DNA from: Cyanophora paradoxa CCMP329
Taxonomy: Eukaryota; Plantae; Glaucophyta
Length of the DNA: 52,072 nt
Assembly (NCBI GenBank): GCA_004431415.1
Contig: QPMI01000539.1
Location: 1-52,072 of the forward strand
Reading direction: 5' to 3'
In this document: one piece after another, positions 35,181 to 45,459 of the stretch
Numbering within the stretch: position 1 is the first letter of the stretch
Layout of the letters: every line of letters begins with the position of its first letter
The notes under the pieces: model-generated
The model's database searches: none
What the model was told of the DNA's origin: nothing
Seen by the model: the letters and a program-made list of their open reading frames with translations, nothing else
Translations under genes and position numbers: made by a program

Positions 35181-38100
35181 CGTAGAGCCGCGATCGGCCG
35201 AGCTCTGTGCAGGGGGGGCAAGGGGGGAGGGGCGGAGCGGACGGGGGTACGGATCAAGGTGAGCGTCCGGTATCGCCCTACCCTCGGCGGCAGCGGCCCC
35301 CTGCGCAGAGCTCGGCCGATTACGGGGCGAGAGAGAGGGCGAGAACAGGCAGAGGGGTACGCACCTGTGCGGCCGCCGATCATAGAGCCGCTATCGGCCG
35401 AGCTCTGTGCAGGGGGAGAAAGAGGGGGAGGGCGGAGCGGGCGGGGGTACGGATCAGGAAGCGTCCGGCATCGCCCTACCCTCGGCGGCAGCGGCCCCCT
35501 GCGCAGAGCTCGGCCGATTTACGGGACAAAGGGCGCGAGAACTAAGCAGAGGGGTACGCACTCTCCCGACGCCGCTCATAGAGCCGCGATCGGCCGAGCT
35601 CTGTGCAAGGGGGGCAAGGGGGAGAGGGGCGGAGCGGGCGGGGTACGGATCAGGAAGCGTCCGGCATCGCCCTACCCTCGGCGGCAGCGGCCCCCTGCGC
35701 AGAGCTCGGCCGATTACGGGACGAGAGCGAGGGCGAGAACAGACAGAGGGGTACGCACCGCTGCCGCCGCCGCTCATAGAGCCGCGATCGGCCGAGCTCT
35801 GTGCAGGGGGGGCAAGGGGGAGAGGGGCGGAGCGGACGGGGGTACGGATCAGGAAGCGTCCGGTATCGCCCTACCCTCGGCGGCAGCGGCCCCCTGCGCA
35901 GAGCTCGGCCGATTACGGGGCGAGAGAGAGGGCGAGAACAGGCAGAGGGGTACGCACCTGTGCGGCCGCCGATCATAGAGCCGCTATCGGCCGAGCTCTG
36001 TGCAGGGGGAGAAAGAGGGGGAGGGCGGAGCGGGCGGGGGTACGGATCAGGAAGCGTCCGGCATCGCCCTACCCTCGGCGGCAGCGGCCCCCTGCGCAGA
36101 GCTCGGCCGATTTACGGGACAAAGGGCGCGAGAACTAAGCAGAGGGGTACGCACTCTCCCGACGCCGCTCATAGAGCCGCGATCGGCCGAGCTCTGTGCA
36201 AGGGGGGCAAGGGGGAGAGGGGCGGAGCGGGCGGGGTACGGATCAGGAAGCGTCCGGCATCGCCCTACCCTCGGCGGCAGCGGCCCCCTGCGCAGAGCTC
36301 GGCCGATTACGGGACGAGAGCGAGGGCGAGAACAGACAGAGGGGTACGCACCGCTGCCGCCGCCGCTCATAGAGCCGCGATCGGCCGAGCTCTGTGCAGG
36401 GGGGGCAAGGGGGAGAGGGGCGGAGCGGACGGGGGTACGGATCAGGAAGCGTCCGGTATCGCCCTACCCTCGGCGGCAGCGGCCCCCTGCGCAGAGCTCG
36501 GCCGATTAGGGGGCGAGGTAGACAGAGAGGGGTACGCACCTCTGCCGCCGCCGCTCATAGAGCCGCGATCGGCCGAGCTCTGTGCAGGGGGAGGAAGAGG
36601 AGGGGGGGGGGAGCGGGCGGGGGTACGGATCAGGAAGCGTCCGGCACCGCGCAGCCCTGGCGGCAGCAGTCCCTGCGCAGAGCTCGGCCGATTAGGGGGC
36701 GAGGTAGACAGAGAGGGGTACGCACCTCTGCCGCCGCCGCTCATAGAGCCGCTTTCGGCCGAGCTCTGTGCAGGGGAAGGAAGAGGGGGAGGGGGGGAGC
36801 GGGCGGGGTACGGACCAAGGTGAGCGTCCGGTATCGCACCCTACCCTCGGCGGCAGCGGCCCCCTGTGCGCAGAGCTCGGCCGATTACGGGACGAGAGAG
36901 AGGGTGAGAAATAGACAGAGGGGTACGCACCGCTGCCGCCGCCGATCATAGAGCCGCTTTCGGCCGGGCTCTGTGCAGGGGAAGGAAGAGGGGGAGGGGC
37001 GGAGCGGGCGGGGGTACGGATCAGGAAGCGTCCGGCACCGCGCAGCCCTTGGCGGCAGCAGTCCCTGCGCAGAGCTCGGCCGATTAGGGGACGAGGTAGA
37101 CAGAGAGGGGTACGCACCTCTGCCGCCGCCGCTCATAGAGCCGCGATCGGCCGAGCTCTGTGCAGGGGGAGAAGAGGGGGGAAGGGGCGGAGCGGGCGGG
37201 GGGTACTGATCAGGAAGCGTCCGGCACCGCGCAGCCCTTGGCGGCAGCAGCCCCTGCGCAGAGCTCGGCCGATCACGGGACGAGGTAGACAGAGAGGGGT
37301 ACGCACCTCTGCCGCCGCCGCTCATAGAGCCGCGATCGGCCGAGGGCATTTTCGTGATCAAGAATGTTTTTTTTCTCTTTCAAACAATCGACATGCGGTT
37401 GCGAGGTGCCTGGGGGATTTTCGAACCCTGCCGCCGTCGCCTCGTAGAGCCGCGATCGGCCGAGCTCTGTGCAGGGGGGGCAAGGGGGGGAGGGGCGGAG
37501 CGGACGGGGGTACGGATCAAGGTGAGCGTCCGGTATCGCCCTACCCTCGGCGGCAGCGGCCCCCTGCGCAGAGCTCGGCCGATTACGGGGCGAGAGAGAG
37601 GGCGAGAACAGGCAGAGGGGTACGCACCTGTGCGGCCGCCGATCATAGAGCCGCTATCGGCCGAGCTCTGTGCAGGGGGAGAAAGAGGGGAGGGCGGAGC
37701 GGGCGGGGGTACGGATCAGGAAGCGTCCGGCATCGCCCTACCCTCGGCGGCAGCGGCCCCTGCGCAGAGCTCGGCCGATTTACGGGACAAAGGGCGCGAG
37801 AACTAAGCAGAGGGGTACGCACTCTCCCGACGCCGCTCATAGAGCCGCGATCGGCCGAGCTCTGTGCAAGGGGGCAAGGGGAGAGGGGCGGAGCGGGCGG
37901 GGTACGGATCAGGAAGCGTCCGGCATCGCCCTACCCTCGGCGGCAGCGGCCCCCTGCGCAGAGCTCGGCCGATTACGGGACGAGAGCGAGGGCGAGAACA
38001 GACAGAGGGGTACGCACCGCTGCCGCCGCCGCTCATAGAGCCGCGATCGGCCGAGCTCTGTGCAGGGGGGCAAGGGGGAGAGGGGCGGAGCGGACGGGGG

Positions 38101-40550
38101 TACGGATCAGGAAGCGTCCGGTATCGCCCTACCCTCGGCGGCAGCGGCCCCCTGCGCAGAGCTCGGCCGATTACGGGACGAGAGAGAGAGGCGAAAAACG
38201 GACAGAGGGGTACGCACCGCTGCCGCCGCCGCTCATAGAGCCGCGATCGGCCGAGCTCTGTGCAGGGGGGGCAAGGGGGAGAGGGGCGGAGCGGACGGGG
38301 GTACGGATCAGGAAGCGTCCGGTATCGCCCTACCCTCGGCGGCAGCGGCCCCCTGCGCAGAGCTCGGCCGATTACCGGACGAGAGCGAGGGCGAGAACAG
38401 ACAGAGGGGTACGCACCGCTGCCGCCGCCGCTCATAGAGCCGCGATCGGCCGAGCTCTGTGCAGGGGGGCAAGGGGGAGAGGGGCGGAGCGGGCGGGGTA
38501 CGGGCCAAGGTGAGCGTCCGGTATCGCGGCCTACCCTCGGCGACAGCGGCCCCCTGCGCAGAGCTCGGCCGATTACCGGACGAGAGAGAGGGCGAGAACA
38601 GACAGAGGGGTACGCACCGCTGCCGCCGCCGCTCATAGAGCCGCGATCGGCCGAGCTCTGTGCAGGGGGGGCAAGGGGGAGAGGGGCGGAGCGGGCGGGG
38701 TACGGACCAAGGTGAGCGTCCGGTATCGCGCCCTACCCTCGGCGGCAACGGCCCCCTGCGCAGAGCTCGGCCGATTACGGGACGAGAGAGAGGGCGAGAA
38801 CAGACAGAGGGGTACGCACCGCTGCCGCCGCCGATCACAGAGCCGCTATCGGCCGAGCTCTGTGCAGGTGGAGAAAGAGGGGGAGGGCGGAGCGGGCGGG
38901 GGTACGGATCAGGAAGCGTCCGGCATCGCCCTACCCTCGGCGGCAGCGGCCCCCTGCGCAGAGCTCGGCCGATTTACGGGACAAAGGGCGCGAGAACTAA
39001 GCAGAGGGGTACGCACTCTCCCGACGCCGCTCATAGAGCCGCGATCGGCCGAGCTCTGTGCAAGGGGGGCAAGGGGGAGAGGGGCGGAGCGGGCGGGGTA
39101 CGGATCAGGAAGCGTCCGGCATCGCCCTACCCTCGGCGGCAGCGGCCCCCTGCGCAGAGCTCGGCCGATTACGGGACGAGAGCGAGGGCGAGAACAGACA
39201 GAGGGGTACGCACCGCTGCCGCCGCCGCTCATAGAGCCGCGATCGGCCGAGCTCTGTGCAGGGGGGCAAGGGGGAGAGGGGCGGAGCGGACGGGGGTACG
39301 GATCAGGAAGCGTCCGGTATCGCCCTACCCTCGGCGGCAGCGGCCCCCTGCGCAGAGCTCGGCCGATTACGGGACGAGAGAGAGAGGCGAAAAACGGACA
39401 GAGGGGTACGCACCGCTGCCGCCGCCGCTCATAGAGCCGCGATCGGCCGAGCTCTGTGCAGGGGGGGCAAGGGGGAGAGGGGCGGAGCGGACGGGGGTAC
39501 GGATCAGGAAGCGTCCGGTATCGCCCTACCCTCGGCGGCAGCGGCCCCCTGCGCAGAGCTCGGCCGATTACCGGACGAGAGCGAGGGCGAGAACAGACAG
39601 AGGGGTACGCACCGCTGCCGCCGCCGCTCATAGAGCCGCGATCGGCCGAGCTCTGTGCAGGGGGGGCAAGGGGGAGAGGGGCGGAGCGGGCGGGGTACGG
39701 GCCAAGGTGAGCGTCCGGTATCGCGGCCTACCCTCGGCGACAGCGGCCCCCTGCGCAGAGCTCGGCCGATTACCGGACGAGAGAGAGGGCGAGAACAGAC
39801 AGAGGGGTACGCACCGCTGCCGCCGCCGCTCATAGAGCCGCGATCGGCCGAGCTCTGTGCAGGGGGGGCAAGGGGGAGAGGGGCGGAGCGGGCGGGGTAC
39901 GGACCAAGGTGAGCGTCCGGTATCGCGCCCTACCCTCGGCGGCAACGGCCCCCTGCGCAGAGCTCGGCCGATTACGGGACGAGAGAGAGGGCGAGAACAG
40001 ACAGAGGGTACGCACCGCTGCCGCCGCCGATCACAGAGCCGCTATCGGCCGAGCTCTGTGCAGGTGGAGAAAGAGGGGAGGGCGGAGCGGGCGGGGTACG
40101 GATCAGGAAGCGTCCGGCATCGCCCTACCCTCGGCGGCAGCGGCCCCCTGCGCAGAGCTCGGCCGATTTACGGGACAAAGGGCGCGAGAACTAAGCAGAG
40201 GGGTACGCACTCTCCCGACGCCGCTCATAGAGCCGCGATCGGCCGAGCTCTGTGCAAGGGGGGCAAGGGGGAGAGGGGCGGAGCGGGCGGGGGTACGGAT
40301 CAGGAAGCGTCCGGCCCTTGGCGGCGGCAGTCCCTGCGCAGAGCTCGGCCGATTACGGGACGAGGTAGACAGAGAGGGGTACTCACCTCTGCCGCCGCCG
40401 CTCATAGAGCCGCTATCGGCCGAGCTCTGTGTAGGGGGAGGAAGAGGGGAAGGGGGGAGCGGGCGGGGGTACGGACCAAGGTGAGCGTCCGGTATCGCCC
40501 TACCCTCGGCGGCAGCGGCCCCCTGCGCAGAGCTCGGCCGATTACGGGAC
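35181..40550 (+). repeat. ~200-bp tandem array (roughly 26 units) with internal inverted repeats and higher-order structure
   Basis: Unit catagagccgcgatcggccgagctctgtgcagggg...cccctgcgcagagctcggccgat...gaggggtacgcaccgctgccgccgccgct. Periods of ~593 and ~1197 bp; array restart at ~37342 duplicates flank 35080-35180. Confidence 0.95.
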
Positions 40551-40884
40551 AAGGGTGCGAGCGTGGGCAGCCATAGGGGTACGTAAGGTTTCGCTACGGC
40601 GGAAACGACAGATCCGGCAAAGGTCGAGCTCGTATCGGGCGGCCGTGCACGGGCATCTCACACGCGCCCGGCAAGTCGATCCGCGCGCCGACGCCGCCCG
40701 CCACCGGGAAGCCCGCACCGTACCCCCAAGCGCCAGAAAAAGGACCGATTCGCGCGACTCGGTCCCGACAAACGCATAAAGGGCCTCGCCCGCCGCCGTC
40801 GCGGTACTGCGGGCCGCCCCACCGCGCCCCTGATACGCAGCACATCGACAGCGCGCGCACCGACTCGCTGAGCGGGGGTGGAAC

Positions 40885-41333
40885 ATGTGCCGCGAGGGCC
40901 AGCTGGTCACGACGCGCGACGGGGACGTGGTGTGCGATGCCTGCGGCGCGGCCGAGGCGGTCGTCGGGGCCCTGGGGGGCAGCGAGAAGCCGGGGGCCGA
41001 CGAGAGCCCGCCCGCGTCGCCCCGCGAGCCCTCGCGGTCCGAGGTCCGCATGGGGCGGCTCCTGGAGGGCGCAGCGTCGGCGCTGGGCCTCGCCGAGGCG
41101 GCGGTCCACGAGGCGCGGCTGCTGCTGGCGGACCGCGGGCTGCTGAGGGGCAGGAAGAGCGAGATTATCGTCGCCGGCGCGCTCTACTACGCGGCGGCCT
41201 CGGCCGGCGCCCCGCGCACCGTCGACGACGCGCTCGGCTGGCACCCCGACCTGCGCACCCGCCGCGCGGCGCTCGTCAGGATGGTCCGCGCGATCCACCG
41301 CCGCCGCGGCGTCGGGCGCATCCCCCGCGCGGC
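40885..41333 (+). pseudogene. 3'-truncated duplicate of the TFIIB-like gene
   Basis: Identical to 43249 onward up to ...GRIPRA, then jumps back into the array (2364-bp duplication). Confidence 0.88.
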
Positions 41334-42914
41334 GGCCGATTTACGGGACAAAGGGCGCGAGAACTAAGCAGAGGGGTACGCACTCTCCCGACGCCGCTCA
41401 TAGAGCCGCGATCGGCCGAGCTCTGTGCAAGGGGGGCAAGGGGGAGAGGGGCGGAGCGGGCGGGGTACGGATCAGGAAGCGTCCGGCATCGCCCTACCCT
41501 CGGCGGCAGCGGCCCCCTGCGCAGAGCTCGGCCGATTACGGGACGAGAGCGAGGGCGAGAACAGACAGAGGGGTACGCACCGCTGCCGCCGCCGCTCATA
41601 GAGCCGCGATCGGCCGAGCTCTGTGCAGGGGGGGCAAGGGGGAGAGGGGCGGAGCGGACGGGGTACGGATCAGGAAGCGTCCGGTATCGCCCTACCCTCG
41701 GCGGCAGCGGCCCCCTGCGCAGAGCTCGGCCGATTACGGACGAGAGAGAGAGGCGAAAAACGGACAGAGGGGTACGCACCGCTGCCGCCGCCGCTCATAG
41801 AGCCGCGATCGGCCGAGCTCTGTGCAGGGGGGCAAGGGGGAGAGGGGCGGAGCGGACGGGGGTACGGATCAGGAAGCGTCCGGTATCGCCCTACCCTCGG
41901 CGGCAGCGGCCCCCTGCGCAGAGCTCGGCCGATTACCGGACGAGAGCGAGGGCGAGAACAGACAGAGGGGTACGCACCGCTGCCGCCGCCGCTCATAGAG
42001 CCGCGATCGGCCGAGCTCTGTGCAGGGGGGCAAGGGGGAGAGGGGCGGAGCGGGCGGGGTACGGGCCAAGGTGAGCGTCCGGTATCGCGGCCTACCCTCG
42101 GCGACAGCGGCCCCTGCGCAGAGCTCGGCCGATTACCGGACGAGAGAGAGGGCGAGAACAGACAGAGGGGTACGCACCGCTGCCGCCGCCGCTCATAGAG
42201 CCGCGATCGGCCGAGCTCTGTGCAGGGGGGGCAAGGGGGAGAGGGGCGGAGCGGGCGGGGTACGGACCAAGGTGAGCGTCCGGTATCGCGCCCTACCCTC
42301 GGCGGCAACGGCCCCCTGCGCAGAGCTCGGCCGATTACGGGACGAGAGAGAGGGCGAGAACAGACAGAGGGGTACGCACCGCTGCCGCCGCCGATCACAG
42401 AGCCGCTATCGGCCGAGCTCTGTGCAGGTGGAGAAAGAGGGGGAGGGCGGAGCGGGCGGGGGTACGGATCAGGAAGCGTCCGGCATCGCCCTACCCTCGG
42501 CGGCAGCGGCCCCCTGCGCAGAGCTCGGCCGATTTACGGGACAAAGGGCGCGAGAACTAAGCAGAGGGGTACGCACTCTCCCGACGCCGCTCATAGAGCC
42601 GCGATCGGCCGAGCTCTGTGCAAGGGGGGCAAGGGGGAGAGGGGCGGAGCGGGCGGGGGTACGGATCAGGAAGCGTCCGGCCCTTGGCGGCGGCAGTCCC
42701 TGCGCAGAGCTCGGCCGATTACGGGACGAGGTAGACAGAGAGGGGTACTCACCTCTGCCGCCGCCGCTCATAGAGCCGCTATCGGCCGAGCTCTGTGTAG
42801 GGGAGGAAGAGGGGAAGGGGGAGCGGGCGGGGGTACGGACCAAGGTGAGCGTCCGGTATCGCCCTACCCTCGGCGGCAGCGGCCCCCTGCGCAGAGCTCG
42901 GCCGATTACGGGAC
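41334..42914 (+). repeat. ~200-bp array, duplicated block (~8 units)
   Basis: Same order of unit variants as ~38967-40550. Confidence 0.93.
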
Positions 42915-43248
42915 AAGGGTGCGAGCGTGGGCAGCCATAGGGGTACGTAAGGTTTCGCTACGGCGGAAACGACAGATCCGGCAAAGGTCGAGCTCGTATC
43001 GGGCGGCCGTGCACGGGCATCTCACACGCGCCCGGCAAGTCGATCCGCGCGCCGACGCCGCCCGCCACCGGGAAGCCCGCACCGTACCCCCAAGCGCCAG
43101 AAAAAGGACCGATTCGCGCGACTCGGTCCCGACAAACGCATAAAGGGCCTCGCCCGCCGCCGTCGCGGTACTGCGGGCCGCCCCACCGCGCCCCTGATAC
43201 GCAGCACATCGACAGCGCGCGCACCGACTCGCTGAGCGGGGGTGGAAC

Positions 43249-43923
43249 ATGTGCCGCGAGGGCCAGCTGGTCACGACGCGCGACGGGGACGTGGTGTGCG
43301 ATGCCTGCGGCGCGGCCGAGGCGGTCGTCGGGGCCCTGGGGGGCAGCGAGAAGCCGGGGGCCGACGAGAGCCCGCCCGCGTCGCCCCGCGAGCCCTCGCG
43401 GTCCGAGGTCCGCATGGGGCGGCTCCTGGAGGGCGCAGCGTCGGCGCTGGGCCTCGCCGAGGCGGCGGTCCACGAGGCGCGGCTGCTGCTGGCGGACCGC
43501 GGGCTGCTGAGGGGCAGGAAGAGCGAGATTATCGTCGCCGGCGCGCTCTACTACGCGGCGGCCTCGGCCGGCGCCCCGCGCACCGTCGACGACGCGCTCG
43601 GCTGGCACCCCGACCTGCGCACCCGCCGCGCGGCGCTCGTCAGGATGGTCCGCGCGATCCACCGCCGCCGCGGCGTCGGGCGCATCCCCCGCGCGCCCGA
43701 CTACGTCGACGCGCTCGCCCAGCGCGTGGGGCTGGACGGGGCGGACCTGCGGGCGGCGCGGGAGTACGCGGAGCGGCACCGAGACTCGGGAAGGAGCCCG
43801 ATCGTCGTCGCCGCGGCGGCGTTGGTGGAGGCGGGCGGCGCTTCGACGCGCGAGGCCGCGCGCGCGGCCGGCATTACGACCGTTGGCATCCAGGTCTGCA
43901 TCAAGGCGCTCGCCGCCGCCTAG
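43249..43923 (+). CDS. Compact TFIIB-like transcription initiation factor, 224 aa
   Basis: Zn-ribbon remnant GDVVCDACG; cyclin repeat 1 LRGRKSEIIVAGALYYAA...APRTVDD; repeat 2 SGRSPIVVAAAAL...TREAARAAGIT. Confidence 0.88.
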   Translation: MCREGQLVTTRDGDVVCDACGAAEAVVGALGGSEKPGADESPPASPREPSRSEVRMGRLLEGAASALGLAEAAVHEARLLLADRGLLRGRKSEIIVAGALYYAAASAGAPRTVDDALGWHPDLRTRRAALVRMVRAIHRRRGVGRIPRAPDYVDALAQRVGLDGADLRAAREYAERHRDSGRSPIVVAAAALVEAGGASTREAARAAGITTVGIQVCIKALAAA

Positions 43924-44133
43924 AGGAGAGCAGAGCGTCATCGCGTGTCGCATGTTGCTGTTTTGCGAATACTATGCGAAACTAAATGCCATTTGCGCGT
44001 GCGGGAATGGGGCGGGCGGTGCACCGCCGGATCGAGTTGCGGTCGGGTGGCTCGGCGGCTCGCGGCGGCCCAAGGCGCCTGGGCGCGGCTTAACGCGACT
44101 CTAGAGTCCTATCCACAGCACCGAGACCTATCT

Positions 44134-44430
44134 ATGGCGTCGCTGCCGCTCCAGGTCGCCCGCCGCGACGCCGCGGTCAACCTGCGCCGCGCACGCAGCA
44201 TGCGGGCCGCCGGGCCCGTGGCCGGGAGCCGGAATCTCGCAGTCGCGCAACTAGCAAAAGCCCCGAGAAGAATCTCGCCGCCCGCGCGCGCCGCTCGAAG
44301 CGATCGGGTACTAGTACTGGTACCGAGCCGCCCCCTACCTCGGACTTGGGCGAATCCGAGTCGCCGAGTCCAAAGTCCAACTTTTGCGGCGGCGGCGGGC
44401 GCGCCTAGACTCATCTTTGCCGGCATATAA
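44134..44430 (+). CDS. Possible small Arg-rich basic protein (98 aa)
   Basis: ATG in reasonable context and AT-rich sequence after the stop; composition could also be a GC artefact. Confidence 0.25.
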   Translation: MASLPLQVARRDAAVNLRRARSMRAAGPVAGSRNLAVAQLAKAPRRISPPARAARSDRVLVLVPSRPLPRTWANPSRRVQSPTFAAAAGAPRLIFAGI

Positions 44431-44757
44431 GACCTCTATCAAGTTCATTTAGCTGGGGCAAGCCGCCCGCGGGCCCCGCGAAGGTACTCGTCCAAACCGA
44501 ACGATCAACGCACAGCACGGGAAAAAACCCACGGGTTCGAATGCGCCCGTCTCCTCTTTTTGGAAAAGCTCACACGTCCGCTCGCCTAGCCCTAGTTTTC
44601 TGCCGGCGCTGGCGCTAGAGGCCGCAGCCGCAGTCGCCGCGCATCCGCGAGCTCGCACCCCGCGCGCGTGGCGACGAGCTCCCCGGCCCGCGGCTCGACG
44701 AGCTCTCCGCGGGCTCTCCCGGCTCGTGTAGCGCCTCTGTCGATCGTAGAGAGCCGA

Positions 44758-45366
44758 CTAAGCCGCGTCCGAGGACGGGCTCTCGCCCCCTGCGTCGCCG
44801 CCGTCGGGGTTGACGTGGACGGCGATCTGCGTGCCGCCGCCGGCGCTCCACTCGACGGCGAGCTTCTTCATGGCCTCGATGCGCTTTGCAGAGGATCCGG
44901 TGCGCCCCTTGACCGCCTGCTCGTAACCCTGGGCCAGGCTGCGGTTGGGAAACGGCGCAGCGACGGCGAGGAGCCGCCAGGGCCCGCGGCTCTTGGTGAA
45001 CGAGCCGCGGATGGTGCCGCGCGAGTGCTCCTTGAACCGCCGCGCGAGGCTCGCCGTCTCGCCGCAGTAGAACATCCGGCCGTTGTGCAGCAGGTACACG
45101 ACGTGCTGCTTCTCAAACTGGTGGTGGAACGGCCGGGCCTTGCCGCCGCCGCCACCACCGCCGCCGCCTCCCGCCGCGGCCTTTGCGCCGACGCCGACGC
45201 CGCCGTCGCCCCGCTCCCCGTCGGCGCTCCCCTTGTCCGCGTCGGAATTCGAATCCTCGTTCGTCTCGCCGCCCCCGTCCCGCCGCTCCTGCCGCCCCTC
45301 GCCCCCGCCAACGGCGTGCGCAGACCCTGGTGCGGCCGCGGCCAGCGACGTCGGCTCCGCCTCCAT
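44758..45366 (-). CDS. GIY-YIG endonuclease (SLX1-like), 202 aa
   Basis: VVYLL...FYCGET..LARRFKEH...GSFTKSRGPW...AQGYEQAVK carries the GIY/YIG, Arg, His, PW and catalytic Glu motifs. Confidence 0.9.
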   Translation of the reverse strand: MEAEPTSLAAAAPGSAHAVGGGEGRQERRDGGGETNEDSNSDADKGSADGERGDGGVGVGAKAAAGGGGGGGGGGKARPFHHQFEKQHVVYLLHNGRMFYCGETASLARRFKEHSRGTIRGSFTKSRGPWRLLAVAAPFPNRSLAQGYEQAVKGRTGSSAKRIEAMKKLAVEWSAGGGTQIAVHVNPDGGDAGGESPSSDAA

Positions 45367-45459
45367 GCTCCCGAAGAAAGGCGCTCGCTCTGCTGGTTCG
45401 CGGTGCTGGCAGGTGCGCCCTGCCCCTACACCCCGGGGTGGGGCCCGGCCCGCATCGCT

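Noticed and set aside
35181-42914. CRISPR-like array
   Set aside because: Intervening segments are themselves repeated variants rather than unique spacers; no cas genes; eukaryotic context.
35200-42940. ORFs across the 200-bp array as repeat proteins
   Set aside because: Open in several frames and both strands because of GC content; unit indels do not preserve frame.
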